From NCBI RefSeq assembly GCF_001654915.1, contig NZ_LXEQ01000033.1: a DNA stretch of 32,000 bases; one strand, written 5' to 3'. This document shows, one piece after another, positions 1 to 9,285 of this stretch. Position 1 is the first letter of the stretch, and every line of letters begins with the position of its first letter. This DNA comes from Buttiauxella ferragutiae ATCC 51602. GTDB taxonomy: Bacteria > Pseudomonadota > Gammaproteobacteria > Enterobacterales > Enterobacteriaceae. The notes below the pieces were generated by a model. That model saw nothing but the letters and a program-made list of their open reading frames with translations, was not told the origin of the DNA and searched no databases. Both the position numbers and the translations under genes were made by a program.

Positions 1-788
1 CGGCTTTTGATGACGAAAGTCTCGAGTTCCTGGTCCGAGTGCTCAAACTGCGTACCCTGAAGATCCCGTCAGGTGAATTGACTAATGCCCCCTTTGTCCT
101 CAGGCATGCTCGTAGCGGCTGCAAACTGATCGTTTCCACGGGGATGGCGACGCTGGCAGAGGTGGAATCGGCCCTTGGCGTGATCGCTTTTGGCATGACC
201 CAGGAGCTGGATGCCGTGCCGAGTATGGTGGCCTTTATGGCGGCCTTTGCCTCTGAGAAGGGGCAAGAGGCGCTGCGAAACAACGTGACGTTGCTGCATT
301 GCACTACCGAATATCCGGCACCGATGCCGGACATCAACCTTAAAGCCATGGATACCCTGGCTCACGCCTTCGGATTGCCGGTCGGTTATTCCGACCATAG
401 CGAGGGGGTTACCGTGCCTGTTGCGGCAGTTGCCCGTGGCGCCTGTCTTATCGAAAAACACTTCACACTGGACAAGACCATGCAAGGGCCTGATCACAAG
501 GCCTCACTGGAGCCGCAAGAGCTGGCCGCAATGGTCCAGGGTATTCGGAATGTGGAGGCCGCGCTGGGTAATGGCATTAAGAGCCCACGCCCGTGTGAGC
601 TGAAAAATAAAGCGGTTGCCCGCAAGAGCCTGGTTGCAGCCTGCGACATTCCATTGGGTGCTGTGCTTGATGAGCATAACGTGACAATCAAGCGGCCCGG
701 TAATGGCATGAGCCCTTATTCCTGGTGGGATGTTCAGGGGAAACGCGCAAGTGTTGCTTACCAGATGGGAGATCTGATTCATGAATAA
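1..788 (+). CDS. NeuB-family nonulosonic acid synthase (N-acetylneuraminate/legionaminate synthase-like); 5' end lies outside the window
   Basis: Frame 3 is open from the window edge to the TAA at 786-788. Motifs HCTTEYPAP, VGYSDHSEG and IEKHFTLDK are typical of NeuB-type PEP-condensing synthases. A C-terminal SAF-like segment is present (RKSLVAACDIPLGAVL...VTIKRPGNG). Confidence 0.85.
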   Translation, partial: AFDDESLEFLVRVLKLRTLKIPSGELTNAPFVLRHARSGCKLIVSTGMATLAEVESALGVIAFGMTQELDAVPSMVAFMAAFASEKGQEALRNNVTLLHCTTEYPAPMPDINLKAMDTLAHAFGLPVGYSDHSEGVTVPVAAVARGACLIEKHFTLDKTMQGPDHKASLEPQELAAMVQGIRNVEAALGNGIKSPRPCELKNKAVARKSLVAACDIPLGAVLDEHNVTIKRPGNGMSPYSWWDVQGKRASVAYQMGDLIHE

Positions 789-1431
789 ACCGCTGATAGT
801 GATAGGCGCGGGGGGGCATGCATCCGTACTGGCTGACATTCTCACCCGCCAGGGACAGACCATTTTGGCACTGGTTGCGCCTGATTCATTAGGCGAGGGT
901 GCATTGGCGGGATTACCGCTGTGGCAGGAAGAGACACTCAGTACGAATGCTTCCCCTGATAGCTGCTTGCTGGTAAATGGCATCGGTTTCGTGGCCGGAA
1001 GCGATCTGAGGGCCAAGATATTCTCGCGCTATGCCGAAAAAGGTTATCGCTTCGCATCCGTAGTAGCACAAGAGGCCGTTATCTCGCCCCACGCATTTCT
1101 CGGCGAGGGGGTACAGATTATGCCGGGAGCCATTGTGCAGAGCTGTGCGCGCATCGGTAACAACACTCTGATCAACTCAGGGGCCATTGTCGAGCACGAC
1201 AGCGCAGTTGGCGACAATGGTCATCTCGCTCCACGTGCTGTGTTATGTGGAAACGTGACTCTGGGGAAAAACGTATTCGTGGGTTGTGGGGCTGTCGTTG
1301 TTCAGGGGATTCAGGTTGGCGATGAGGCCGTTGTTGGTGCCGGAGCGACATTGACCTGCCATTTGCCGAAAAATCACATTGTCTTTCCTGCTCGCGCTCG
1401 GTTGGCTGAGCGGAGTTATCAACAGAGATAA
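781..1431 (+). CDS. NeuD/PglD-family hexapeptide-repeat sugar acetyltransferase
   Basis: N-terminal PLIVIGAGGHASVLADIL Rossmann-like start, followed by left-handed beta-helix hexapeptide repeats (IGNNTLINSGAIVEHDSAVGDNGHLAPRAVLCGNVTLG). ATGAATAA overlap with the upstream stop indicates an operon. Confidence 0.8.
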   Translation: MNKPLIVIGAGGHASVLADILTRQGQTILALVAPDSLGEGALAGLPLWQEETLSTNASPDSCLLVNGIGFVAGSDLRAKIFSRYAEKGYRFASVVAQEAVISPHAFLGEGVQIMPGAIVQSCARIGNNTLINSGAIVEHDSAVGDNGHLAPRAVLCGNVTLGKNVFVGCGAVVVQGIQVGDEAVVGAGATLTCHLPKNHIVFPARARLAERSYQQR

Positions 1432-1438
1432 GTTTGCT

Positions 1439-2494
1439 ATGAGCAAAGACTGGAAAAAAATCTTGTTATCCCCCAGGGATTCTCTGCGCGATGCTTTGTC
1501 CATCGTGAATGAGGAAGCGCTGCGCGTGGCGTTGGTTGTTGATGAGCAGGAGAGATTATTGGGAGTGTTGACGGATGGGGACATCCGACGGGCAATTCTG
1601 GCTGATGTCAGCCTGAATACGGCCGTTGAAGCCGTCATGAACTGCAATCCACTGACGTCTCCTATTAATTGTAGCCGGAGCGAAGTTCTCGCAGAAATGA
1701 AGAGACGCAGTATTCTCTCTATTCCGGTAGTGGACGAAAATGGCCGCCTGGTCGGGCTGGAAACCTGGGAATCGGCTTCAGCACATCGCCGCTATGAGCA
1801 TCCGGTCTTTATTATGGCAGGCGGTTTCGGTACCCGTCTGAAACCGCTGACTGACAATTGCCCTAAGCCGATGTTAAAAATTGGCGGAAAACCCATGTTG
1901 GAAATTCTGGTTGAGCGTTTTGCAAAAACAGGATTTAAAAATATCTATATTTCCACCCATTATCTGCCAGAGGTCATTATGGATTACTTTGGGGATGGGC
2001 AGCGCTGGGGGGTTAATATTGAATATGTTCACGAAGATGTCCCTCTTGGAACGGGAGGGGCATTGGGCTTGTTACCTGATAATATCCCTGATTTACCCTT
2101 GATCATGATGAACGGTGATGTACTGACCTCGCTTGATTTTGAGCGGCTCATGCTTTTCCATACTACACATACGCCAGCAGCAACCATGTGCGTACGTCAA
2201 TATGAATACCAGGTGCCATATGGGGTTATTGACTGTGATGGCGAAAAAATAGTTGGGATGTCAGAAAAACCCATTCACCGTTATTTCGTAAATGCTGGCG
2301 TTTATATATTAAGTCCCAGGATTTTTAAAGGTGTGCCAAAGGGTATATCAATTGATATGCCAACACTTCTTGATTCAAATATTAATGATGACTCTGATGT
2401 TTTAATGTTCCCTATCCATGAATATTGGCTTGATATTGGCCGGCCGGATGATTTTCATCGTGCCCAGGCCGATGTATATCAACTGGAGTGGTAA
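1439..2494 (+). CDS. CBS-pair + nucleotidyltransferase fusion (PtmE/LgaF-like sugar-1-phosphate nucleotidyltransferase)
   Basis: Two CBS-like segments (VVDEQERLLGVLTDGDIRRA; IPVVDENGRLVGLET), then the NTP-transferase signature IMAGGFGTRLKPLTDNCPKPML. Start chosen at ATG 1439 (MSKDWKK) rather than 1379, which would overlap the upstream gene by about 50 nt. Confidence 0.75.
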   Translation: MSKDWKKILLSPRDSLRDALSIVNEEALRVALVVDEQERLLGVLTDGDIRRAILADVSLNTAVEAVMNCNPLTSPINCSRSEVLAEMKRRSILSIPVVDENGRLVGLETWESASAHRRYEHPVFIMAGGFGTRLKPLTDNCPKPMLKIGGKPMLEILVERFAKTGFKNIYISTHYLPEVIMDYFGDGQRWGVNIEYVHEDVPLGTGGALGLLPDNIPDLPLIMMNGDVLTSLDFERLMLFHTTHTPAATMCVRQYEYQVPYGVIDCDGEKIVGMSEKPIHRYFVNAGVYILSPRIFKGVPKGISIDMPTLLDSNINDDSDVLMFPIHEYWLDIGRPDDFHRAQADVYQLEW

Positions 2495-3193
2495 ATGAGA
2501 ATCGCCATTATACCGGCCAGAGGGGGAAGCAAGCGGCTACCTGGCAAGAATATAAAAATATTATCGGGTAAACCCTTGATTGCCTGGTCTATTGAAGCGG
2601 CAATTGACAGTAATTTATTTGATCGGGTGTTAGTGAGTACTGATTGCGAAGAGATTGCTTGCGTAGTAGAACAATATGGTGCAATTGTCCCATGCTTAAG
2701 GCCTGCAGTCCTGGCGAGTGATACGGCAACGACCTGTGATGTTATTTCACATATGGTGGAAATCGCCGAGAATAAATGGGGGAAGGTCCGTAATATTACT
2801 CTGTTACAGCCAACTTCTCCCTTACGAAAAGCCGTAAATATTGTTGAAGCTCATACGTTATATGAAAAAATGGCGGCAAACAGTGTCATTTCAGTCTGCC
2901 AAATGGAACACCCTGTTCAGCTATGCAATAAATTGCCTGCGGATCACTCAATGTCTGGCTTTCTTCAAAAGAAAAATAATCTGAGAGGCCAGGAGTTGGA
3001 GCCTTATTACAGAATTAATGGCGCGATCTATATTTTTGAGCGGAAATTCGTTGGTGCTTTAGCCGATATCTATGGAGATAAATCTTATGCTTATCTCATG
3101 AGGCAAGAGGAGTCTGTCGATATTGATAACCAACTGGATTTTACATTCGCGGAGCTTATGATGTCACAGACTCAAATTTCCACAGATAGGTAA
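2495..3193 (+). CDS. CMP-nonulosonate synthetase (acylneuraminate cytidylyltransferase family, NeuA/LegF-like)
   Basis: N-terminal AIIPARGGSKRLPGKN motif and LLQPTSPLR motif of the CTP_transf_3 family. The ATG directly follows the upstream TAA. Confidence 0.85.
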   Translation: MRIAIIPARGGSKRLPGKNIKILSGKPLIAWSIEAAIDSNLFDRVLVSTDCEEIACVVEQYGAIVPCLRPAVLASDTATTCDVISHMVEIAENKWGKVRNITLLQPTSPLRKAVNIVEAHTLYEKMAANSVISVCQMEHPVQLCNKLPADHSMSGFLQKKNNLRGQELEPYYRINGAIYIFERKFVGALADIYGDKSYAYLMRQEESVDIDNQLDFTFAELMMSQTQISTDR

Positions 3194-3394
3194 TTATTCT
3201 CTCCAGACCTCATCAATAAATTAGGTGGTGAGCAGAGGGGAAGGGTGAACAATCCATTGCCCACCCTGGCATGTTCAGGTGTAAAAAACGGCTAAATAAC
3301 TGCGCGTAATAGTCGATCACTGAAGGGAACTCAATCCGGTTTGAGCGATCTGATCAATCGCCAAGCATCACAAACCCTCCAACCGGACTGAGTC

Positions 3395-3547
3395 ATGCCG
3401 ATCATAGTACCCATCCCCCGAAATGAACGACGCAACATGCAGAAAATCATCCAGAAAACACCCGATAAAAACCATGCCCGGCGGCTTATCGCCATGCTGA
3501 TGTTACATTGTGATGACTCTCAGTCCCATGTGGCGAACATCTGTTAG
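3395..3547 (+). pseudogene. IS630-family transposase, N-terminal ~50-codon fragment
   Basis: My own translation (too short for the ORF track): MPIIVPIPRNERRNMQKIIQKTPDKNHARRLIAMLMLHCDDSQSHVANIC*. It closely resembles the N-terminus of the IS630 transposase as I remember it (MPIIAPISRDERRLMQKAIHKTHDKNYARRLTAILMLH...). It ends prematurely and no transposase body follows. Confidence 0.55.
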
Positions 3548-4013
3548 TTTTGCTTTTAGCCTGCGGCAGGCAACTGTCGGTAGACCCCACTCGCTGCGTA
3601 GCCGTGTATAAGTGGGTATTGATTTATTTTTATGTCTCCCACCGTAAGGTGGAAAAGTAAAATTCATATGAAATAGTAGAAATGATAAATGTCTTTATGT
3701 GTTGTAGAATTTACCGGTTAAGATCGGAAATAAAAGTCTAAAAACTACAGACGAAATTGTTTTCATTAATTTGATAAAATAAGTAACGGGGAGGGTGTCA
3801 GGTGTTTAAGGTTAGTGGTTGCATTCGTTTGTGTTGCGCATTTTTATTTTGAGTTTACTAAATAGAAAATGTACTGCTACCGATTTGATAATCTGCTAGT
3901 TAAAGAAATAACATCCATGATTTATACCACAATTTTAATAACAAAGTGCCAGATTAGTACCTCAAGAGTTAAGGAGTCCCCGACCTTTTGCCGGGGAGGA
4001 AGTCAAATATGAT

Positions 4014-4415
4014 TTAGCATTTCCCTATAATATCGCCAACCAGTGCGGTTGTAGATGTCATGTCAGGGTTATCTGTGTCAAGTACCGACCGATTAAATAA
4101 TACTTTATTTTCTTTTGTTATCACCCAGTTTTCGATTATCGTCATGCCAAGAGAAGAGCTATGTCCTGAAAAAGCATTATCATTAACTGGCGTATACGTT
4201 ATTCCTTCACCAAAGCTAGAATTCCCAATCTGTTTAACTGTGATGTTCTTGTTCTTAATGTCTAAAGAAATTTTCCCATCATCTATACTATTCTCTTCAA
4301 ATTTATATCCATCCTGGCTAAAAGCAGAGTAGCCTTTCATGTTGTCAACAATCCAGCATTCGGCATTCGCGCCTGTAGTTGCCAGAAGTGACAATAACAA
4401 TAAATATATTTTCAT
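4014..4415 (-). CDS. Small secreted protein of unknown function (133 aa)
   Basis: Sec-type signal peptide MKIYLLLLSLLATTGANA|E. AAGGA RBS about 8 nt upstream of the ATG. Cys at position 20 and at the C-terminus. Strongly AT-rich. No family recognised. Confidence 0.6.
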   Translation of the reverse strand: MKIYLLLLSLLATTGANAECWIVDNMKGYSAFSQDGYKFEENSIDDGKISLDIKNKNITVKQIGNSSFGEGITYTPVNDNAFSGHSSSLGMTIIENWVITKENKVLFNRSVLDTDNPDMTSTTALVGDIIGKC

Positions 4416-4509
4416 TGTAATATCCTTTGAAAGTTAATTAATACCTATATGTTTTGGCATCAGATGCTAGCTTATTATGCACTATCAATTTTATTTGTCA
4501 GAAGTATAT

Positions 4510-4658
4510 TGCCGTATGCGTGACAGAATTCGATGTGTACTTCTCGCCGCTGAGGACTGGACTACCGTCATGATCGCCAAGTCTCAGCTTATTGATGAAA
4601 CAACGGTTCGCCGTCATCTGCATGACTGGCTCAATGGCGAAAAAATCAAACCCGAAAA
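4510..4658 (+). pseudogene. IS630-family transposase HTH-domain fragment (internal piece, no start or catalytic domain)
   Basis: The translation RDRIRCVLLAAEDWTTVMIAKSQLIDETTVRRHLHDWLNGEKIKPENG matches the pattern I recall for N-terminal HTH regions of IS630-family transposases (...IKAILL.SEGWS..MIAQAL....TV..H...Y..G.LKPENGG). Similarity stops abruptly at 4658/4659, where psu homology begins. Confidence 0.4.
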
Positions 4659-4909
4659 TGGCGATACGACGAGCGACACATTACATCGGTGAAGCTCTAC
4701 GGGAGTATCTGGCTGCAAGTCATGAAATCAATTACTCGGCTGAAAACAGCGACATTTTAACGGCCATCGGATTCAGGCCTGATGCGGCTTCACGGGTAGA
4801 TAATCAGCAAAAATACACACCGGTACAGAACCGTCTTTACGCGCACCGGCTGGCAGAACTGAGCCAGCAACCACCCGCATACAATCGACCTGAAAATCCC
4901 GCCATTTAA
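4659..4909 (+). pseudogene. psu: psu (polarity suppression / capsid decoration) 3' fragment of a decayed P4-like satellite
   Basis: The last ~83 codons (RRATHYIGEALREYLAASHEINYSAENSDILTAIGFRPDAASRVDNQQKYTPVQNRLYAHR...) align with the C-terminus of the intact psu at 17295-17870. DNA homology 4659-5070 vs 17647-18058. Confidence 0.85.
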
Positions 4910-4916
4910 TTCAATT

Positions 4917-4942
4917 AAACCATGCATTACGGTGCATGGTTT
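4917..4942 (+). terminator. Perfect 10-bp stem hairpin downstream of the psu remnant (copy of 17905-17930)
   Basis: aaaccatgca-ttacgg-tgcatggttt. The T-tract is only 3-4 nt, so the terminator function is tentative. Conserved in both satellite copies. Confidence 0.4.
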
Positions 4943-5043
4943 TGCATGTAAAACCCCGTATTTTTCACACCTCATCACCCCAGAGCTGGCGCGGCTCCGG
5001 GGTGTTCATGCACCTGTATTAAAAGCCACCCATGAAGCGGGCA

Positions 5044-5062
5044 GGCGTGGCGGGGATAGCAT
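5044..5062. other. cos cohesive-end sequence (P2/186 type) of the decayed satellite
   Basis: GGCGTGGCGGGGATAGCAT is 18/19 identical to the phage 186 cohesive end as I recall it (GGCGTGGCGGGGAAAGCAT). It is identical to the copy at 18032-18050. Confidence 0.65.
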
Positions 5063-5157
5063 TGCGCGCCAGCGCAGATTTATTCATGTATTTAAATTTA
5101 ATGCTAGAGGCATACTAAATGACAACCTATCAAGTCTCTAGTGTAAGTGGTTTATAC

Positions 5158-6933
5158 CTACCAAAATGTATCAAGATCAATTGTATCGCTTTCTGGTGCT
5201 AACTCAGATGGTAGGCGTTGAACTTGAATGATCATTGGTGTGTGAAATGCAGTTCCTGAGACAACACAAGCACCTGATGGCAATATTGGTACTAACGCGC
5301 GTGATGAACTATCAAGATTGCTTATAGAGTTTTTAAGTAAGAAAAGATCATTTTCATTAACTAAGCGATGAAGGAAATAATTATGGATTTGGGATATTAA
5401 CGTAGGTGAGATATCAGCGGGGCGCTGACTTGCAATTGTAACAAAATAGCCAAATTTCCTTCCCTCTTTGATTATCTCTTCAAACAACTCAAGTCGATAG
5501 TCTTTCCAAGTTTCTGATTCGCGATTTGAGGTTTCCGAAAGAATGTTATGGGCTTCATCAATGATAAGGTGAAAGCTGTTCTGTGCAGTATCTTTTCTTT
5601 TGTGCTCAAGAAAAGAACATTTGGCAATTAGCATTGGTATTGTTTTTTTTGTTTCTTGATTGCAGTTTTTTAAAGATATAAATAATAATGGTTTAGGTTC
5701 TAGTTCTACATCATCAATAATTTCAATTACTTTTTCAAGCGAGTTGGTTGATGAATTCATTTTGCTTATTAAAGGACTAATGTGTTCATATTGCACATAG
5801 TTTCTAGAAACTGACATGATTAGTTGGAGGGTTGCTCTAACAATTATTTGCTCAAAAGCTGACAACTTAGTAATGTCAATATCACTACTTACAAGATGGG
5901 GTAGATGAGCTAAATACTCTTCCGGTGTATTGAAGTATGAATTGTTTCTATAATATTTATTGTTGTCTCCTCTTGAATACCAACTAAATTCAGATAGCTC
6001 GGCATTAATTTCCTTTGTCTTTTCTGGGTTGATGATGCTTATTATAGAGCGTAATACACTTATGGTTTCTCTATGTTGGTTTTGACCAAACATGACGTTT
6101 AATGTGTTATGGAAGTAATCATCAAGCTCATCACCATGCTTGTGTCTATTCCTTACCAATATATTAAGAAATGGTTTTTGAGTTTTTTCTGTGGCGGAGA
6201 AAAGAACTGAAAGTAATTCAGAATCCCAGAACTCAGATTTTTTAATCTTTAATTTGTCATTGCCATCTTTTTTTTGTGTATCAAGTTCAAGATATATACT
6301 TTTGCTTTCAAATTGATTGTGGATAGGTTTGTATTCACCATTAAAATCAATAAAAACAAAAGTGGATTTTTTGAATATATTGTCACCGTTGCCAGAGAAA
6401 AGCTCACTGTAAATCTTAGCTAATGAATTCGATTTCCCACTGCCAGTATTTCCAAATATTCCTATGTGAGAATTAAATATACCATTCACTGGTATGTGAA
6501 CTGGAATGTCTTCTAATAAAGATGTTCCTATTAATATTTTCTTTGAATCAACTTTGCCTTCGAATGTATATATTGCTGATATTGATTCGTCAGATATCAA
6601 GTGTAATTCATCTTGAATCATTGGTAGGTATTTTATTCCAGAGTGGAACTTGTTATTTAAAATATACCCAATGATTTTTATGTCTATAAATCTATCAAAT
6701 TTTTCATAGTTAGGCTTCGAATCATCGAAGTTTTTTTTCTCTAATATTTCTTCCCCCTCTATCTTGCCTATAATGTCATGATACCCTTTTCTAATTACGA
6801 TGAATTCATTAATGGCAACTCCCCTGTACAAACAGCCATCATGTATGTATGTCGTTTGATAGAGGTTTGGGTGCACGATTGCACGCACAGAAGTACCTCT
6901 AACTGCTGTAACATATCCGATTATAAACTGCAT
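5158..6933 (-). CDS. HerA-like ATPase/translocase, partner of SIR2 (SIR2-HerA / Nezha-type defence system)
   Basis: 591 aa. N-terminal barrel-like GYVTAVRGTSVRAIV. Walker A GNTGSGKS (res 161-168). Walker B-like FHLIIDEAHNIL. The start overlaps the upstream SIR2 gene by 13 nt. AT-rich. Confidence 0.8.
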   Translation of the reverse strand: MQFIIGYVTAVRGTSVRAIVHPNLYQTTYIHDGCLYRGVAINEFIVIRKGYHDIIGKIEGEEILEKKNFDDSKPNYEKFDRFIDIKIIGYILNNKFHSGIKYLPMIQDELHLISDESISAIYTFEGKVDSKKILIGTSLLEDIPVHIPVNGIFNSHIGIFGNTGSGKSNSLAKIYSELFSGNGDNIFKKSTFVFIDFNGEYKPIHNQFESKSIYLELDTQKKDGNDKLKIKKSEFWDSELLSVLFSATEKTQKPFLNILVRNRHKHGDELDDYFHNTLNVMFGQNQHRETISVLRSIISIINPEKTKEINAELSEFSWYSRGDNNKYYRNNSYFNTPEEYLAHLPHLVSSDIDITKLSAFEQIIVRATLQLIMSVSRNYVQYEHISPLISKMNSSTNSLEKVIEIIDDVELEPKPLLFISLKNCNQETKKTIPMLIAKCSFLEHKRKDTAQNSFHLIIDEAHNILSETSNRESETWKDYRLELFEEIIKEGRKFGYFVTIASQRPADISPTLISQIHNYFLHRLVNENDLFLLKNSISNLDSSSRALVPILPSGACVVSGTAFHTPMIIQVQRLPSELAPESDTIDLDTFW

Positions 6934-8072
6934 ACTAATCCCTCAGTAGAATCTTCGCCAATAGTTGGAAATATGCAATTAATAAACCTGTCAATATTAA
7001 TTACGTTTTCGCTATCGTCATTATCAGGATGGATGAATATAATTTTTTTATTACTTATTAATTTTTTTATTTCTGCTTTGTCATCTTTTTTATAGCAAAA
7101 GATATATACTATTAGTGATGGGTTGCTTAGAGAGCGGGAAATTATTTCTCGAATATGTTCGTCTTTAAAAGAGAATCCAAAGCATACAAGTACGGTTTGT
7201 GGTTTTTCTAGTTCATAACTTAAAAGTCTTAGTGATTGGTAATAATGCTGTTGAAATACAGTCTCTTCAAACTTAGCTTTTGTTGGATTGACAATAGCTA
7301 GTTTGTTATATTCTTCACGGAAGTTTTGAAGGGCTGATTCATCTTCACTTGATAGGCTTAAAACTTCCTCCGCTGTATATTTTGATGAGTGTTCTTCAAT
7401 ATTATCAACTGTTTCTTTTATGTCGTTTGTGGTTATTTCTAGCTCTAAACCATCAGGGTAGTCGCTTGGGTAGTTGACTTCTATTTTATCTTCACTGATT
7501 TTTTTCCATGAGACTGAACCATGCATTTTAATGAGGTTTATTGTAGGTATTTCAAATTTATACAAATCATTGGTTCCCTGATGCCACGTAGATGTGTGGA
7601 AGTTACTGATTTGAAGATAGCGCTTGCTAAGACCTCTTGCCCCATCATTGAAAATAAAGTTTGCCGACTCACGTAGTAATCTGTCAGATGCTTTTTCGAA
7701 AAAAAGATCGTAATTTGTAGTGAATATATTTGCGCGTCGAATCTGATTTGCGCCTTTTCTATTTATCAGGCTTACGATGTTTTCTATTAATTCTTCATAA
7801 GAGGTTAATGTCTCCCTGCGTTTTTTTCGTGATAGTGAACCTGGAGGCACAAGGCAAAAACTTTTCCTTAGAATATTTTTATAATATTGGTGATAAACGT
7901 AGTTTAGTATCTCAGAGTAATCACTATCAGTGAGTATATCTTCATATGTTTTATCATCATTAATCCTAAGGGTAGGGATGTATGAGGCTGAAGCTCCTGA
8001 TCCAATAAGGAAATTGATGTTTTTATCAAGCAAATCAGATGCTTTGAATGCTTTGAATAGTTCGTTTGCCAT
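6921..8072 (-). CDS. Defence-associated SIR2-family (NADase-type) protein
   Basis: 383 aa. FLIGSGASASYIP (res 21-33), TTNYD (118-122) and KMHGS (H184) are hallmark SIR2 motifs. GGAG RBS. The gene starts 14 nt after the int' stop, on the same strand. Confidence 0.8.
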   Translation of the reverse strand: MANELFKAFKASDLLDKNINFLIGSGASASYIPTLRINDDKTYEDILTDSDYSEILNYVYHQYYKNILRKSFCLVPPGSLSRKKRRETLTSYEELIENIVSLINRKGANQIRRANIFTTNYDLFFEKASDRLLRESANFIFNDGARGLSKRYLQISNFHTSTWHQGTNDLYKFEIPTINLIKMHGSVSWKKISEDKIEVNYPSDYPDGLELEITTNDIKETVDNIEEHSSKYTAEEVLSLSSEDESALQNFREEYNKLAIVNPTKAKFEETVFQQHYYQSLRLLSYELEKPQTVLVCFGFSFKDEHIREIISRSLSNPSLIVYIFCYKKDDKAEIKKLISNKKIIFIHPDNDDSENVINIDRFINCIFPTIGEDSTEGLVCSL

Positions 8073-8086
8073 GTGAGTCTAGCTCC

Positions 8087-9167
8087 TTATTTATTAGCGT
8101 TATTCACAAATATTCCCCACCAAAACATTAAATCTTTTCTTTTTTCAAGATAGGTTGATCGATTATAAGCTCGGCGTACTTCGTTTTTATCACTATGTGC
8201 TAAAGCGGCCTCAATAACATCTGAACTTAGACCCGCTTCATTCATTGCAGTGCTGGCGATAGAGCGTAATCCATGTGCAACTAACTTAGCACCAAAACCG
8301 ATTCGTTTTAAAGCAGCGTTAGCCGTCTGGCTATTCATTGGTTGCTTTGGATCATTTCTACTTGGAAAAACATGTTCACGATGAGCACTAATAGGCTTCA
8401 TTACTTCCAGGATTTCTAACGCCTGAGGAGATAAAGGAACAATGTGTTCGCGTTTGGCTTTCATTCGTTCGGCCGGGACTGTCCATAGTTTGGCATCGAG
8501 ATCGATTTCCTCCCATCGACTACCGGAAGCCTCAGAAGGGCGTACTAGCGTCAGGAGCTGCCATTCGATTAGACATCGAGTCGATACGGATAGATTAGAC
8601 ATAACCAAAGAGCGCATCAGCTTTGGCAGTTCTTCCGGTCGCAGCGTTGGCATGTTTTGTTTTTTGGGCTTCTCAAAAGCCATACCAACACCTGACGCCG
8701 GATTGGCATCAATCAAACCGGTGTTAACTGCGTAAATCATAATTTCGTTAATGCGCTGCACCAGGCGGCGAACAGTCTCCAGTGCTCCCCTCGCTTTAAT
8801 AGGCTCAAGGGCTTCAACTAGCGTTCTGGCTTTGATTTCCTGAACGGGGATCTCCCCAATGGCCGGGAATACGTCTTTATCCAGAGAACGCCAAATATCC
8901 TTTGCGTAATCTGGGGTAACGCTTTTGCTTTTGAGCTGGAACCAGTTAGCGGCCACGGTTGAAAAAATATTGTCGAGGGTAATTTGTTGTTGTTCCTCTG
9001 TGACTTCGGCTTGAACTTGCGGAACGATGCCTTTGGCTAACAATGATAAATAGCCAGCTCGTAATGCTCTGGCATCCGCAAGCGAAAGGGCAGGGAAGGA
9101 ACTTAAACCCACCATCGTCCTTTTTTGGTGGTCGGTAGTTGATGACGAAAGAGCCAGGGCTTTTCAC
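8087..9167 (-). pseudogene. P4-type tyrosine integrase, frameshifted and 5'-truncated
   Basis: The 342-aa ORF is roughly 90% identical by eye to residues 58-400 of the intact Int at 20702-21904 and keeps HGLRS...Y catalytic motifs. The upstream homology (INYRPPKK vs RYQRPTTKK) is in another frame, after an A6 vs A7 tract difference near 9120-9135. Homology is lost beyond about 9165, so roughly the first 40 codons are missing. Confidence 0.8.
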
Positions 9168-9254
9168 TGTAGTCTTAACTCTGACGTTTTCCGTATTCCC
9201 ACATCCAGGTCAGGCGTTTCCTGCACAGCAATGGCAGCGGCACCCTACATTTTT

Positions 9255-9285
9255 GGCGGATGACGCTGCGCTTATCCGCCCTACA
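9255..9285. repeat. REP (repetitive extragenic palindrome)-like element
   Basis: ggcggatgacgctgcgcttatccgccctaca carries the typical enterobacterial REP ending CTTATCCGNCCTACA. It is closely related to the REP pair at 27364-27424. Confidence 0.6.

Noticed and set aside
3978-3998. Short hairpin (ccccg...cgggg) as a terminator of the secreted-protein gene
   Set aside because: It has only a 5-bp stem, a 9-nt loop and no following T-tract on the relevant strand.
4477-5141. Plus-strand ORFs 4477-4692, 4592-4909 and 4932-5141 as intact genes
   Set aside because: The first two are chimeras of an IS630-like HTH fragment and the psu 3' remnant. The third spans the hairpin and cos site, which are conserved as DNA in both satellites.
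8946-9167. 73-aa minus-strand ORF upstream of int'
   Set aside because: It is not an independent gene. It is the out-of-frame remnant of integrase codons ~40-57 (INYRPPKK vs RYQRPTTKK), created by a one-base change in an A-tract.
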